Shown: positions 1 through 15,000, counted from the first letter of the stretch. The stretch: DNA of 64,000 nt from Nemertoderma westbladi (GCA_032718475.1 JAUCBJ010002979.1:1566-65565), one strand, 5' to 3'. Notes: a model not told the origin generated them from the sequence alone. A program made the numbers and translations.

Positions 1-1635
1 GAGACTGCGACGCGTCGTGTAGAATGCCTTTGCGTTGTTATTATGAATATATGGATATTTACTTGTATTTAAAGAAGCACTTTTCTGTGACCTGAACCGA
101 ATAGTTTTGTTACGAGTGAATGCGAAGTAAGTGAACCGAGTGTTTTGTTTTGTAAAGGTAGGAGGGGGGGGGGGGGGGGGGACTCAGAAAGCTATAAACT
201 AATTTTAGAAATAAACGGTTTATAGTTATTCCAGAATATATTATATTATTCCAGAGTTTAAACATTATGAAACGACTGCATATGAACAAGTGGTAACAAC
301 CCTTGGGGTAATTAGGCCTGTATTCCATTCTTACAGCGATTTGTAACCAATCATACCTTGATGTAATCTCCCGCTATTTTTCGAACCGTTCACAATTGTG
401 TTATAACTACTCGATATCAGAATAATGACGAAGTTAATTAATGTTAAAAATACAGGTTGTGGGGGGGGGGGGCTTTTGACGCTATCAGAATGGGTTACTC
501 TCCAGGCGAAAATCAACATAAATAACCTATTATTACTTAATAATTCATATATATTTTTGATTTTATATTTGTCACATGTTTATTATCAACCAAGGTACCT
601 TTCCGTTTGTTTTGGTAAAATATAATGAGATTTAAATTAAGTTTCTGTTCCAGGTTGGTGCTCAAGTTATTTTTCGAATTTCTTTTTTAGTTCCCAAGTA
701 ATGAAAATAAATGTATATATTCTGGTCGTTTTTTTATATACATCGAGCCCACTGGATGGCGATGCCTATAATTTTATTCTAACATTTATTGTAAATTGAC
801 TTTATTTACTCAACGTTGCTTTTCTCCGAGGAGAAAATCGCAGAGAACCGTAATGATTCCGCTTCAACGACCCCGAAAAAAGGTTGCGGAATGTGGTCTG
901 ACCGTGCGTCGACCAGCAGATGCACGTAGCGATTAGGTAGAAGCGTCGGTTGATCGGTAGATAACGTTAGGACTTTAGCGAACGCATTCCCGACGTTAGG
1001 ACGGCCGACACACCTGCAACTCTTGTACCGCTTCTTATCGCCGTAGTAAATTATACTTTACTTAGTAGTGAGGCAGGTACCGGAATCACAAGTAGCCCTA
1101 CTTGATGTAGGGTTATCTAAGGTTTCTGTTGCACATCCATCGACATAGCTTCATTAACCTCAGAACGACCGCTACAACTTATCCCTCTTCTTTGTGCTCC
1201 ACTCTACCCCAACTAATGGACTCTGAGAGCCCCCTCCCTTATCAGTCCCTTCTGCTTTTGTTTCAAACTCATTGATGTTCCTTATCAACAAAAACACCGC
1301 GGTTTGCCATGTAACGTCTCATTTTATTAGTTAAAAAATTCCCTCATATACTAGTCAGAATTGATGTAACTCTACATTGGGGTGTGAATTTTTTTATATT
1401 TTATTTAACCTCCACCTAAACAAATTTTATTATAAAAACGCAAACAAAAACCGCACTAAAGCAACTCTGATGGCGAAAACATGAGTAGAATTTGTAAAAC
1501 ATGAGTGATTATTTATCAAGAGAACATGGAGTTTGGAAATCTGGCCCAAAAGAGAGGGGGGGGGGGGGGGGGGGGGCTGAACGCAAATACCATCTCCGCG
1601 AATTAATATCTCGTCTCTATAAAATTCACGATTTA

Positions 1636-1880
1636 GGAAAGGGATCAGGTTACAGTGGCGCGTTATTTTAACTTAAACAATAAATTAAAATCCATAAAAA
1701 CTATACGCCTGTGATCAATGATTCATCTGACAAATCAGATTGATAAATCAGTTATGCGCTAATAAATAACCCAATTGACGCAAATAACAGATGATTACTC
1801 CCAAAAATAAAACTGTAACCTGTTGATTCTAGTATATAGTTTTGGTTATAATAACGTGCCACTGTAACCAGCTCCTTTCC
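1636..1880. mobile_element. Small MITE-like inverted-repeat element
   Basis: GGAAAGGGATCAGGTTACAGTGGCGCGTTAT and ATAACGTGCCACTGTAACCAGCTCCTTTCC are imperfect inverted repeats. TSD unclear. Confidence 0.6.
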
Positions 1881-2090
1881 ATTAATAATTGATAATCTAA
1901 CATTGAGACAGGATATAAATTCGCAGCTAATAAATTGGTTTAATAGATTAGATAGACTTATATTTTTTCATCTAGGGTAGGAAGCTCTATTCCTTACGAT
2001 TACCATCAACAATAGTTCATACTATTCCTCTATCTCTGTCTTTACAATTATTTACAATCGTAGTTTTTGGATTAATATTTTCGCCTTTAG

Positions 2091-2259
2091 AACGAACGTC
2101 TCCAGGACGAACAGAATTACCATATAGGGGAGCTGTTGAAGCAAGCCAAGGCTAACGAGAAGAAGCTGGAAGATCTCGAGATATGCGACAAGGATAAAGT
2201 AAACGAAGCCCTCCTAGACAAATGGAATGCAGAAAGACAAGAGCGACGGGAACTGGACG
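2091..2259 (+). CDS. CCDC83: CCDC83-like coiled-coil protein, first exon found in window (internal exon; upstream exons not found)
   Basis: ctttag| acceptor and |gtaagt donor. Encodes NERLQDEQNYHIGELLK...VNEALLDKWNAERQERRELD, which matches recalled human CCDC83 NSRLKEEQIWHIRHLLK...[21 protein letters not shown]. Confidence 0.85.
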
Positions 2260-2880
2260 GTAAGTTTGTACTGTATATATGTAGTGGATTAGTGATAATG
2301 ATATTTTAGTATACGCGTTCTGTTAAATTTAACCTTTTCTATTAAGATCAAACTGAAACATTAAATTACTTCCTTGGTTTTTCTAATTTCTAAAATTATT
2401 CTGCTTTCTAATCTGTTTGCTGTTCTAACTTTTTACCGTGAAATACTCTGAGACTAGTGTTACAGTTACTTGTCAAATTAAATCGAGATTGTTTCCACAG
2501 TTGACTTACTGAGATATTGTTCATGACCCTGGCCTGACTTATTACTAGGCGTTAATCAATTTTAATGAGAGTATGAGTACTTTCAACAAGGATTACTTCG
2601 TTTAATTATCGCTCGAAGTTCCAATTCAAAAGCGTTCAATCCAGCTAATAACATATTGTGCCACACGACGGCATTATAGAACATTTTAGAAGACTGCATT
2701 ACTCGTCTCTATTACAACCCTCGCTACTACTCTCAGATTATAAAACGATTTGTACTGTTATCTTATAAAGATTATATTTGCGGCGACCTTTCATCCCAAT
2801 TCAGACTCTCGTGGTTCGGATTAACTCATCCGATCAGATTATTGTTTTCTCCGATCGAACTTTGCTGATTTACGTTGCAG

Positions 2881-3048
2881 ATTTAAAGTTAACAATCGAG
2901 AGATGCGATTATACGATATCGGAGAACCGGAAAATCGTGTCTCATTGGGAAGAGTTCCGGGAAATCGGACAACATCAGCACAACAATCAGATCAAGCTAC
3001 TGGAGAAAGAATTGGAAGATATGAAGGAAACATTTGATGAGATGACAC
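2881..3048 (+). CDS. CCDC83: CCDC83-like exon 2
   Basis: ttgcag| acceptor, |gttagt donor, phase 1/1. Encodes DLKLTIE...HWEEFREIGQHQHNNQIKLLEKELEDMKETFDEMT (human [24 protein letters not shown]). Confidence 0.85.
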
Positions 3049-6000
3049 GTTAGTAGGACATCATGCTTATAATGATGACACGTTAGTAGGACATCATGCT
3101 TATAATAATACATCATGCTTATAATACTGGCACGTTAGTAGGACATCATGCTTATAATACTGGCACGTTAGTAGGACATCATGCTTATAATACTGGCACG
3201 TTAGTAGGACATCATGCTTATAATAATGGCACGTTAGTAGGATATCATGCTTATAATAATGGCACGTTAGTAGGATATCATGCTTATAATAATGGCACGT
3301 TAGTAGGACATCATGCTTATAATAATGGCACGTTAGTAGGACATCATGCTTATAATAATGGCACGTTAGTAGGACATCATGCTTATAATAATGGCACGTT
3401 AGTAGGACATCATGCTTATAATACTGGCACGTTAGTAGGACATCATGCTTATAATACTGGCACGTTAGTAGGACATCATGCTTATAATAATGGCACGTTA
3501 GTAGGACATCATGCTTATAATACTGGCACGTTAGTAGGACATCATGCTTATAATACTGGCACGTTAGTAGGACATCATGCTTATAATAATGGCACGTTAG
3601 TAGGATATCATGCTTATAATAATGGCACGTTAGTAGGATATCATGCTTATAATAATGGCACGTTAGTAGGACATCATGCTTATAATAATGGCACGTTAGT
3701 AGGACATCATGCTTATAATAATGGCACGTTAGTAGGACATCATGCTTATAATGATGACACGTTAGTAGGACATCATGCTTATAATACTGGCACGTTAGTA
3801 GGACATCATGCTTATAATAATGGCACGTTAGTAGGACATCATGCTTATAATAATGGCACGTTAGTAGGATATCATGCTTATAATAATGGCACGTTAGTAG
3901 GACATCATGCTTATAATAATGGCACGTTAGTAGGATATCATGCTTATAATAATGGCACGTTAGTAGGACATCATGCTTATAATAATGGCACGTTAGTAGG
4001 ATATCATGCTTATAATAATGGCACGTTAGTAGGACATCATGCTTATAATAATGGCACGTTAGTAGGACATCATGCTTATAATAATGGCACGTTAGTAGGA
4101 CATCATGCTTATAATAATGGCACGTTAGTAGGACATCATGCTTATAATAATGGCACGTTAGTAGGACATCATGCTTATAATAATGGCACGTTAGTAGGAT
4201 ATCATGCTTATAATAATGGCACGTTAGTAGGACATCATGCTTATAATAATGGCACGTTAGTAGGACATCATGCTTATAATAATGGCACGTTAGTAGGACA
4301 TCATGCTTATAATAATGGCACGTTAGTAGGACATCATGCTTATAATACTGGCACGTTAGTAGGACATCATGCTTATAATACTGGCACGTTAGTAGGACAT
4401 CATGCTTATAATAATGGCACGTTAGTAGGACATCATGCTTATAATAATGGCACGTTAGTAGGATATCATGCTTATAATAATGGCACGTTAGTAGGACATC
4501 ATGCTTATAATAATGGCACGTTAGTAGGACATCATGCTTATAATAATGGCACGTTAGTAGAACATCATGCTTATAATAATGGCACGTTAGTAGGAGGGAC
4601 ATGCTTATAATAATGGCACGTTAGTAGGACATCATGCTTATAATAATGGCACGTTAGTAGGACATCATGCTTATAATAATGGCACGTTAGTAGGACATCA
4701 TGCTTATAATACTGGCACGTTAGTAGGACATCATGCTTATAATACTGGCACGTTAGTAGGACATCATGCTTATAATAATGGCACGTTAGTAGGACATCAT
4801 GCTTATAATAATGGCACGTTAGTAGGATATCATGCTTATAATAATGGCACGTTAGTAGGACATCATGCTTATAATAATGGCACGTTAGTAGGACATCATG
4901 CTTATAATAATGGCACGTTAGTAGGACATCATGCTTATAATAATGGCACGTTAGTAGGACATCATGCTTATAATAATGGCACGTTAGTAGGACATCATGC
5001 TTATAATAATGGCACGTTAGTAGGACATCATGCTTATAATAATGGCACGTTAGTAGGACATCATGCTTATAATAATGGCACGTTAGTAGGACATCATGCT
5101 TATAATAATGGCACGTTAGTAGGACATCATGCTTATAATGATGACACGTTAGTAGGACATCATGCTTATAATACTGGCACGTTAGTAGGACATCATGCTT
5201 ATAATAATGGCACGTTAGTAGGACATCATGCTTATAATAATGGCACGTTAGTAGGATATCATGCTTATAATAATGGCACGTTAGTAGGACATCATGCTTA
5301 TAATAATGGCACGTTAGTAGGATATCATGCTTATAATAATGGCACGTTAGTAGGACATCATGCTTATAATAATGGCACGTTAGTAGGATATCATGCTTAT
5401 AATAATGGCACGTTAGTAGGACATCATGCTTATAATAATGGCACGTTAGTAGGACATCATGCTTATAATAATGGCACGTTAGTAGGACATCATGCTTATA
5501 ATAATGGCACGTTAGTAGGACATCATGCTTATAATAATGGCACGTTAGTAGGACATCATGCTTATAATAATGGCACGTTAGTAGGATATCATGCTTATAA
5601 TAATGGCACGTTAGTAGGACATCATGCTTATAATAATGGCACGTTAGTAGGACATCATGCTTATAATAATGGCACGTTAGTAGGACATCATGCTTATAAT
5701 AATGGCACGTTAGTAGGACATCATGCTTATAATACTGGCACGTTAGTAGGACATCATGCTTATAATACTGGCACGTTAGTAGGACATCATGCTTATAATA
5801 ATGGCACGTTAGTAGGACATCATGCTTATAATAATGGCACGTTAGTAGGATATCATGCTTATAATAATGGCACGTTAGTAGGACATCATGCTTATAATAA
5901 TGGCACGTTAGTAGGACATCATGCTTATAATAATGGCACGTTAGTAGAACATCATGCTTATAATAATGGCACGTTAGTAGGAGGGACATGCTTATAATAA

Positions 6001-6662
6001 TGGCACGTTAGTAGGACATCATGCTTATAATAATGGCACGTTAGTAGGACATCATGCTTATAATAATGGCACGTTAGTAGGACATCATGCTTATAATACT
6101 GGCACGTTAGTAGGACATCATGCTTATAATACTGGCACGTTAGTAGGACATCATGCTTATAATAATGGCACGTTAGTAGGACATCATGCTTATAATAATG
6201 GCACGTTAGTAGGATATCATGCTTATAATAATGGCACGTTAGTAGGACATCATGCTTATAATAATGGCACGTTAGTAGGACATCATGCTTATAATAATGG
6301 CACGTTAGTAGGACATCATGCTTATAATAATGGCACGTTAGTAGGACATCATGCTTATAATAATGGCACGTTAGTAGGACATCATGCTTATAATAATGGC
6401 ACGTTAGTAGGACATCATGCTTATAATAATGGCACGTTAGTAGGACATCATGCTTATAATAATGGCACGTTAGTAGGACATCATGCTTATAATAATGGCA
6501 CGTTAGTAGGACATAATGCTTATAATAATGGCACGTTAGTAGGACATCATGCTTATAATAATGGCACGTTAGTAGGACATCATGCTTATAATAATGGCAC
6601 GTTAGTAGGACATCATGCTTATAATAATGGCACGTTAGTAGGAAGGACATGCTTATAATAAT
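3041..6662 (+). repeat. 33-bp minisatellite (~110 copies) built from the exon 2/intron junction
   Basis: Unit (aat)GGCAC|GTTAGTAGGACATCATGCTTATAAT. The first copies read GATGACAC|GTTAGT, the real exon end and donor. Confidence 0.95.
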
Positions 6663-6730
6663 TACACAATATTATCTAAGATTAATCAATTTTGCTAATG
6701 GATGCAATTTCACAATCATCCGTCTATGTA

Positions 6731-7512
6731 CCGGGTGTTCCATAATGATTGCCCCCCCCCCCCCCCTGGCCAGCCAAAACTGCCAGACATGCACCTTAGT
6801 GTAATATATCAAAAGATAATTTAATTCTGAGCTTGCATGCAAAAATTTAGGGTCCATTACAAAAGTATAAAAATGTTATATGCTATTCTTTAAACCTATC
6901 TTAATAAACCTATCTTACTTTTCAATATTTGTGATTTAATCACAATTAAAAAAAATATAATTTATCCAGCGTTAGTCATCAGATTTGCAACCCTGTTTAA
7001 ACAGTTATTACTGCTTGAATTTTGCTGTATTGCAATATATTACAGTATTCAGTTACCGGTATTAGTGTTTCTTTGGTAATTTTACTGAATTAGGCTAACT
7101 TCGATGACTCTGAAGAAAAACGTATGGTTGACAGGATCAGAGATGTTACTTTTAGAGAGGGTCGTGATTCTGTGGCATAATCAAAACTGAACTCAAACCA
7201 AAACGGCCCTTTTAAGGGCCAACACCCATTGCCACTATCGAGGAGCTCCCCGTGCTGCAAAGGGGAAACATGGCTGTAAAGCTGATGACTAACGCTGGAT
7301 AAATTATATTTTTTTAATTGTGATTAAATTAAAATAGGTTTATTAAGATAGGTTTAAAGAATAGCCTATAAAATTGTTATACTTTTGTAATGGACCCTAA
7401 ATTTTTGCATGCAAGCTCAGAATTAAATTATCTTTCGAATTGTATATTACACTAAGGTGCATGTCTGGGCTGGCCAGGGGGGGGGGGGGGGCAATCATTA
7501 TGGAACACCCGG
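6731..7512. mobile_element. Tc1/mariner-type MITE, ~250-bp TIRs, TA TSD
   Basis: TA|CCGGGTGTTCCATAATGATTGCCC...GGGCAATCATTATGGAACACCCGG|TA. Inverted identity extends to ATCCAGCGTTAGTCATCAG. Confidence 0.88.
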
Positions 7513-7551
7513 TATATAATATAAGATTCTGTTCTTTTTACTGTCCATTAG

Positions 7552-7643
7552 GTTTCATGGAGAAGTTATTGGCATCAAGCAAAGAAGAAATTCTGGAGAG
7601 AACAAAGCAGCTTCTTGATAACATCAAGGATAATGCCGCAGTG
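7552..7643 (+). CDS. CCDC83: CCDC83-like exon 3
   Basis: ccattag| acceptor, |gtgggt donor. Encodes (R)FMEKLLASSKEEILERTKQLLDNIKDNAAV, in phase with both neighbours. Confidence 0.8.
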
Positions 7644-7912
7644 GTGGGTTTATTTATTGTAATAGTTTGGGTACTAATGTAAGTAGGCGAACCAAGAATT
7701 CAAGCAAAGCTTCAGGGTACTGTCACAATTATAGCCGCTGCTTTGTGTTGGTCCAACATTAACATGGACAACCGCTTCCTCTCTGTTAATTTGAAGGATA
7801 ACAAGAAATTTTACTTTCTATAAAATGCATTAATTTGTCTGCAAATTCCGTCAAAAAATTGACTTACAATATAAATAATAACAAAAATGTCACTTTCCGC
7901 TTTTCCTCCTAG

Positions 7913-8103
7913 AAAGCATCTGGTACCCTCGACCTCAGGGACAAAGAAGAAATGGTTGACTTTGATTGGTTGAAAAAGGAAGCCAAAGTTCACGTCGAAT
8001 CATACGGAGATAAACTTTGTGAGGTGGAGGAATTGGAGCGAGGAAACCTACAACTTATGAGCGAGCTGTTTGACTGTCGCATCGAAGATTTAAAAATATC
8101 AAA
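7913..8103 (+). CDS. CCDC83: CCDC83-like exon 4
   Basis: cctcctag| acceptor, |gtaaga donor. Encodes DWLKKEAKVH...ELERGNLQLMSELFDCRIEDLKIS (human DWLKKEVAIH...[24 protein letters not shown]). Confidence 0.88.
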
Positions 8104-8927
8104 GTAAGACTACGATTAGTAAGATGGAAGGACGGTAGAGTGTAGCGACAATTTGTTTCCATTGGTGTTTTATATAGGACTGTCACTGTCACTGTGTGTT
8201 CCCTTTACTTGTATTTTATCGAATAATCGTTTTTTTTATTTATTTTTTGTGTTTTCTGATTTGAATCATATCGCTCGTAGATTATTAGGAAGAGGGACAC
8301 TGTGGGAAAATTTCCCTAAATTCGGGAGAAAAGAGGGTATATACATTTTCCTTGGGGTAAAAAGTAACCCATAGGATTGCAGAGAATTAAATTTTTTACC
8401 AGAAAGTAAAATAAAATATTTTTGTGGAATTTCTTAAATTTTATTACATGTGTTGAAAGAGCATCGAAGTAGAAAAGGTTTACCCGTAATTTGAGCAAAA
8501 TCCATTTACACACTGAAAAGTTATTGCAACTTTAGTGTCTGTAAGGCGAACTCCAAAACGGAACTCAATATCCAATATTGTTTTATGTTGTTAAGCGGCT
8601 CTCTAGTTACGTAATAAATATTCGAGAACACTAAATTATTTAAACATTGAGTAAAGCAGCATCAGGAGTTGAAGAGTAAAGTAATTTGAATCGCAGTAAC
8701 TATGGAAGCAATAATACTGCAGTTCAATTTATTTTGTAACACTACATCGCTGTACGTTTTATTAAAGAATTGAGCTACAAAAAAGTACCAATTTGAGAAT
8801 AAATTGACGTATTACATGGAAAAAAAACACGTATAACTTTTTTCCCTATTCTCTCTACCCTTTACTTTTTTCCAATGTAATTATGTTGTGGTGAAATATT
8901 TTTGCAACCCAAATTCTTAACTTTCAG

Positions 8928-9060
8928 GAACTTTCTACTCACACAAATGGACGATGCATTCACCGAAGATCCAGGGTTGTTAGAGAAAGATTTATCTGCT
9001 ATTGATTTTGACGTAACCAGAAAGGATACGGCCTACAGGGGGGCTGTGGGAGGCATCGAG
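8928..9060 (+). CDS. CCDC83: CCDC83-like exon 5 (its last ~41 nt are the first unit of the 50-bp array)
   Basis: tttcag| acceptor, GAG|gtaggt donor. Encodes NFLLTQMDD...RKDTAYRGAVGGIE. Phase 0 fits the exon at 25478. Confidence 0.75.
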
Positions 9061-12000
9061 GTAGGTCGGGGAAGGATACGGCCTACAGGGGGCTGTGGGA
9101 GGCATCGAGGTAGGTCGGGAAAGGATACGGCCTACAGGAGGCTGTGGGAGGCATCGAGGTAGGCTGGGAAAGGATACGGCCTACAGGGGGGCTGTGGGGG
9201 GCATCGAGGTAGGTCGGGAAATGATACGGCCTACAGGGGGGCTGTGGGAGGCATCGAGGTAGGTCGGGAAAAGATACGGCCTACAGTAGGGCTGTGGGAG
9301 GCATCGATGTAGGTGGGGAGAGGATACGGCCTACAGTGGGGATGTGTGAGGCATCGAGGTAGGTCGGGAAAGGATACGGACTACAGGGGGGCTGTGGGAG
9401 GTATCGAGGTAGGTCGAGAAATGATACGGCCTACAGGGGGGCTGTGGGAGGCATCGAGGTAGGTCGGGAAAAGATACGGCCTACAGTAGGGCTGTGGGAG
9501 GCATCGATGTAGGTGGGGAGAGGATACGGCCTACAGTGGGGATGTGGGAGGCATCGAGGTAGGTCGGGAAAGGATACGGCCTACAGGGGGCTGTCGGAGG
9601 CATTGATGTAGGTGGGGAAAGGATACGGCCTACAGGGGGGCTGTGGGGGGCATCGAGGTAGGTCGGGAAAGTATACGGCCTACAGGGGGGCTGTGGGAGG
9701 CATCGATGTAGGTCGGGAAAGGATACGGCCTACAGGGGGCTCTGGGAAGCATCGAGGTAGGTGGGGAAAGGATACGGACTACAGGGGGGCTGTGGGAGGT
9801 ATCGAGGTAGGTCGGGATAGGATACGGCCTACAGGGGGCTGTGGGAGGCATCGAGGTAGGTCGGGAAAGGATACGGACTACAGGGGGGCTGTGGGAGGTA
9901 TCGAGGTAGGTGGGGAAATGATACGGCCTCAGGGGGCTGTGGGAGGCATCGAGGTAGGCTGGGAAAGGATACGGCCTACAGGGGGGCTGTGGGGGGCATC
10001 GATGTAGGTGGGGAGAGGATACGGCCTACAGTGGGGATGTGGGAGGCATCGAGGTAGGTCGGGAAAGGATACGGCCTACAGGGGGGTTGTGGGAGGCATT
10101 GATGTAGGTGGGGAAAGGATACGGCCTACAGGGGGGCTGTGGGGGGCATCGAGGTAGGTCGGGAAAGTATACGGCCTACAGGGGGGCTGTGGGAGGCATC
10201 GATGTAGGTCGGGAAAGGATACGGCCTACAGGGGTCTCTGGGAAGCATCGAGGTAGGTGGGGAAAGGATACGGACTACAGGGGGGCTGTGGGAGGTATCG
10301 AGGTAGGTCGGGAAAGGATACGGCCTACAGGGGGCTGTGGGAGGCATCGAGGTAGGTCGGGAAAGGATACGGACTACAGGGGGGCTGTGGGAGGTATCGA
10401 GGTACGTGGGGAAAGGATACGGCCTCAGGGGGCTGTGGGAGGCATCGAGGTAGGTCGGGAAAGGATACGGCCTACAGGGGGCTGTGGGAGGCATCGAAAG
10501 GATACGGACTACAGGGGGGCTGTGGGAGGTATCGAGGTAGGTGGGGAAAGGATACGGCCTACAGGGGGCTGTGGGAGGCACCGAGGTAGGTCGTGAAAGG
10601 ATACGGACTACAGGGGGGCTGTGGGAGGTATCGAGGTAGGTAGGGAAAGGATACGGCCTACAGGGGGCTGTGGGAGGCATCGAGGTAGGTCGGGAAAGGA
10701 TACGGCCTACAGGGGGCTGTGGGAGGCATCGAAAGGATACGGACTACAGGGGGGCTGTGGGAGGTATCGAGGTAGGTCGGGAAATGATACGGCCTACAGG
10801 GGGGCTGTGGGAGGCATCGAGGTAGGTCGGGAAAAGATACGGCCTACAGTGGGGCTGTGGGAGGTATCGAGGTAGGTCGGGAAAGGATACGGCCTACAGG
10901 GGGGCTGTGGGAGGTATCGAGGTAGGTGGGGAAAGGATACGGCCTACAGGGGGGTTGTGGGAGGCATTGATGTAGGTGGGGAAAGGATACGGCCTACAGG
11001 GGGGCTGTGGGGGCATCGAGGTAGGTCGGGAAAGGATACGGCCTACAGGGGGGTTGTGGGAGGCATTGATGTAGGTGGGGAAAGGATACGGCCTACAGGG
11101 GGGCTGTGGGGGCATCGAGGTAGGTCGGGAAAGTATACGGCCTACAGGGGGGCTGTGGGAGGCATCGATGTAGGTCGGGAAAGGATACGGCCTACAGGGG
11201 GCTGTCGGAGGCATTGATGTAGGTGGGGAAAGGATACGGCCTACAGGGGGGCTGTGGGGGGCATCGAGGTAGGTCGGGAAAGTATACGGCCTACAGGGGG
11301 GCTGTGGGAGGCATCGATGTAGGTCGGGAAAGGATACGGCCTACAGGGGGCTCTGGGAAGCATCGAGGTAGGTGGGGAAAGGATACGGACTACAGGGGGG
11401 CTGTGGGAGGTATCGAGGTAGGTCGGGATAGGATACGGCCTACAGGGGGCTGTGGGAGGCATCGAGGTAGGTCGGGAAAGGATACGGACTACAGGGGGGC
11501 TGTGGGAGGTATCGAGGTAGGTGGGGAAAGGATACGGCCTCAGGGGGCTGTGGGAGGCATCGAGGTAGGCTGGGAAAGGATACGGCCTACAGGGGGGCTG
11601 TGGGGGGCATCGATGTAGGTGGGGAGAGGATACGGCCTACAGTGGGGATGTGGGAGGCATCGAGGTAGGTCGGGAAAGGATACGGCCTACAGGGGGGTTG
11701 TGGGAGGCATTGATGTAGGTGGGGAAAGGATACGGCCTACAGGGGGGCTGTGGGGGGCATCGAGGTAGGTCGGGAAAGTATACGGCCTACAGGGGGGCTG
11801 TGGGAGGCATCGATGTAGGTCGGGAAAGGATACGGCCTACAGGGGTCTCTGGGAAGCATCGAGGTAGGTGGGGAAAGGATACGGACTACAGGGGGGCTGT
11901 GGGAGGTATCGAGGTAGGTCGGGAAAGGATACGGCCTACAGGGGGCTGTGGGAGGCATCGAGGTAGGTCGGGAAAGGATACGGACTACAGGGGGGCTGTG

Positions 12001-15000
12001 GGAGGTATCGAGGTACGTGGGGAAAGGATACGGCCTCAGGGGGCTGTGGGAGGCATCGAGGTAGGTCGGGAAAGGATACGGCCTACAGGGGGCTGTGGGA
12101 GGCATCGAAAGGATACGGACTACAGGGGGGCTGTGGGAGGTATCGAGGTAGGTGGGGAAAGGATACGGCCTACAGGGGGCTGTGGGAGGCACCGAGGTAG
12201 GTCGTGAAAGGATACGGACTACAGGGGGGCTGTGGGAGGTATCGAGGTAGGTAGGGAAAGGATACGGCCTACAGGGGGCTGTGGGAGGCATCGAGGTAGG
12301 TCGGGAAAGGATACGGCCTACAGGGGGCTGTGGGAGGCATCAAAAGGATACGGACTACAGGGGGGCTGTGGGAGGTATCGAGGTAGGTCGGGAAATGATA
12401 CGGCCTACAGGGGGGCTGTGGGAGGCATCGAGGTAGGTCGGGAAAAGATACGGCCTACAGTGGGGCTGTGGGAGGTATCGAGGTAGGTCGGGAAAGGATA
12501 CGGCCTACAGGGGGGCTGTGGGAGGTATCGAGGTAGGTGGGGAAAGGATACGGCCTACAGGGGGGTTGTGGGAGGCATTGATGTAGGTGGGGAAAGGATA
12601 CGGCCTACAGGGGGGCTGTGGGGGCATCGAGGTAGGTCGGGAAAGGATACGGCCTACAGGGGGGTTGTGGGAGGCATTGATGTAGGTGGGGAAAGGATAC
12701 GGCCTACAGGGGGGCTGTGGGGGCATCGAGGTAGGTCGGGAAAGTATACGGCCTACAGGGGGGCTGTGGGAGGCATCGATGTAGGTCGGGAAAGGATACG
12801 GCCTACAGGGGGCTGTCGGAGGCATTGATGTAGGTGGGGAAAGGATACGGCCTACAGGGGGGCTGTGGGGGGCATCGAGGTAGGTCGGGAAAGTATACGG
12901 CCTACAGGGGGGCTGTGGGAGGCATCGATGTAGGTCGGGAAAGGATACGGCCTACAGGGGGCTCTGGGAAGCATCGAGGTAGGTGGGGAAAGGATACGGA
13001 CTACAGGGGGGCTGTGGGAGGTATCGAGGTAGGTCGGGATAGGATACGGCCTACAGGGGGCTGTGGGAGGCATCGAGGTAGGTCGGGAAAGGATACGGAC
13101 TACAGGGGGGCTGTGGGAGGTATCGAGGTAGGTGGGGAAAGGATACGGCCTCAGGGGGCTGTGGGAGGCATCGAGGTAGGCTGGGAAAGGATACGGCCTA
13201 CAGGGGGGCTGTGGGGGGCATCGATGTAGGTGGGGAGAGGATACGGCCTACAGTGGGGATGTGGGAGGCATCGAGGTAGGTCGGGAAAGGATACGGCCTA
13301 CAGGGGGGTTGTGGGAGGCATTGATGTAGGTGGGGAAAGGATACGGCCTACAGGGGGGCTGTGGGGGGCATCGAGGTAGGTCGGGAAAGTATACGGCCTA
13401 CAGGGGGGCTGTGGGAGGCATCGATGTAGGTCGGGAAAGGATACGGCCTACAGGGGTCTCTGGGAAGCATCGAGGTAGGTGGGGAAAGGATACGGACTAC
13501 AGGGGGGCTGTGGGAGGTATCGAGGTAGGTCGGGAAAGGATACGGCCTACAGGGGGCTGTGGGAGGCATCGAGGTAGGTCGGGAAAGGATACGGACTACA
13601 GGGGGGCTGTGGGAGGTATCGAGGTACGTGGGGAAAGGATACGGCCTCAGGGGGCTGTGGGAGGCATCGAGGTAGGTCGGGAAAGGATACGGCCTACAGG
13701 GGGCTGTGGGAGGCATCGAAAGGATACGGACTACAGGGGGGCTGTGGGAGGTATCGAGGTAGGTGGGGAAAGGATACGGCCTACAGGGGGCTGTGGGAGG
13801 CACCGAGGTAGGTCGTGAAAGGATACGGACTACAGGGGGGCTGTGGGAGGTATCGAGGTAGGTAGGGAAAGGATACGGCCTACAGGGGGCTGTGGGAGGC
13901 ATCGAGGTAGGTCGGGAAAGGATACGGCCTACAGGGGGCTGTGGGAGGCATCAAAAGGATACGGACTACAGGGGGGCTGTGGGAGGTATCGAGGTAGGTC
14001 GGGAAATGATACGGCCTACAGGGGGGCTGTGGGAGGCATCGAGGTAGGTCGGGAAAAGATACGGCCTACAGTGGGGCTGTGGGAGGTATCGAGGTAGGTC
14101 GGGAAAGGATACGGCCTACAGGGGGGCTGTGGGAGGTATCGAGGTAGGTGGGGAAAGGATACGGCCTACAGGGGGGTTGTGGGAGGCATCGAGGTAGGTC
14201 GGGAAAGGATGCGGCCTACAGGGGGCTGTGGGAGGCATCGAGGTAGGTCGTGAAAGGATACGGCCTACAGGGGGCTGTGGGAAGCATCGAGGTAGGTGGG
14301 GAAAGGATACGGCCTACAGGGGGGCTGTGGGAGGCATCGAGGTAGGTCGGGAAAGGATACGACCTACAGGGGGCCTGTGGGAGGCATCGAGGTAGGTCGG
14401 GAAAGGATGCGGCCTACAGGGGGCTGTGGAAGGCATCGAGGTAGGTCGGGAAAGGATACGGCCTACAGGGGGGCTGTGGGAGGCATCGAGGTAGGTCGGG
14501 AAAGGATACGGCCTACAGGGGGCTGTGGGAGGCATCGAGGTAGGTGGGGAAAGGATACGGCCTACAGGGGGGCTGTGGGAGGCATCGAGGTAGGTCGGGA
14601 AAGGATACGGCCTACAGGGGGCCTGTGGGAGGCATCGAGGTAGGTGGGGAAAGGATACGGCCTACAGGGGGGCTGTGGAAGGCATCGAGGTAGGTCGGGA
14701 AAGGATACGGCCTACAGGGGCTGTGGGAGGCATCGAGGTAGGTGGGGAAAGGATACGGCCTACAGGGGGCTGTGGGAGGCATCGAGGTAGGTCGGGAAAG
14801 GATACGGCCTACAGAGGGCTGTGGGAGGCATCGAGGTATGCCGGGAAAGGATACGGTCTACAGGGGGCTGTGGGAGGCATCGAGGTAGGTCGCGAAAGGA
14901 TACGGACTACAGGGGGGCTGTGGGAGGTATCGAGGTAGGTGGGGAAAGGATACGGCCTACAGGGGGCTGTGGGAGGCATCGAGGTAGGTCGGGAAAGGAT

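Noticed and set aside
820-1315. GC-richer island that might be an upstream CCDC83 exon or a retroelement ORF
   Set aside because: No open frame with recognisable similarity was found on either strand.
3096-6650. Long ORFs (HHAYNNGTLVG)n and (LLTCHYYKHDV)n
   Set aside because: By-products of a stop-free 33-bp repeat. The exon frame hits TAG immediately at 3051-3053.
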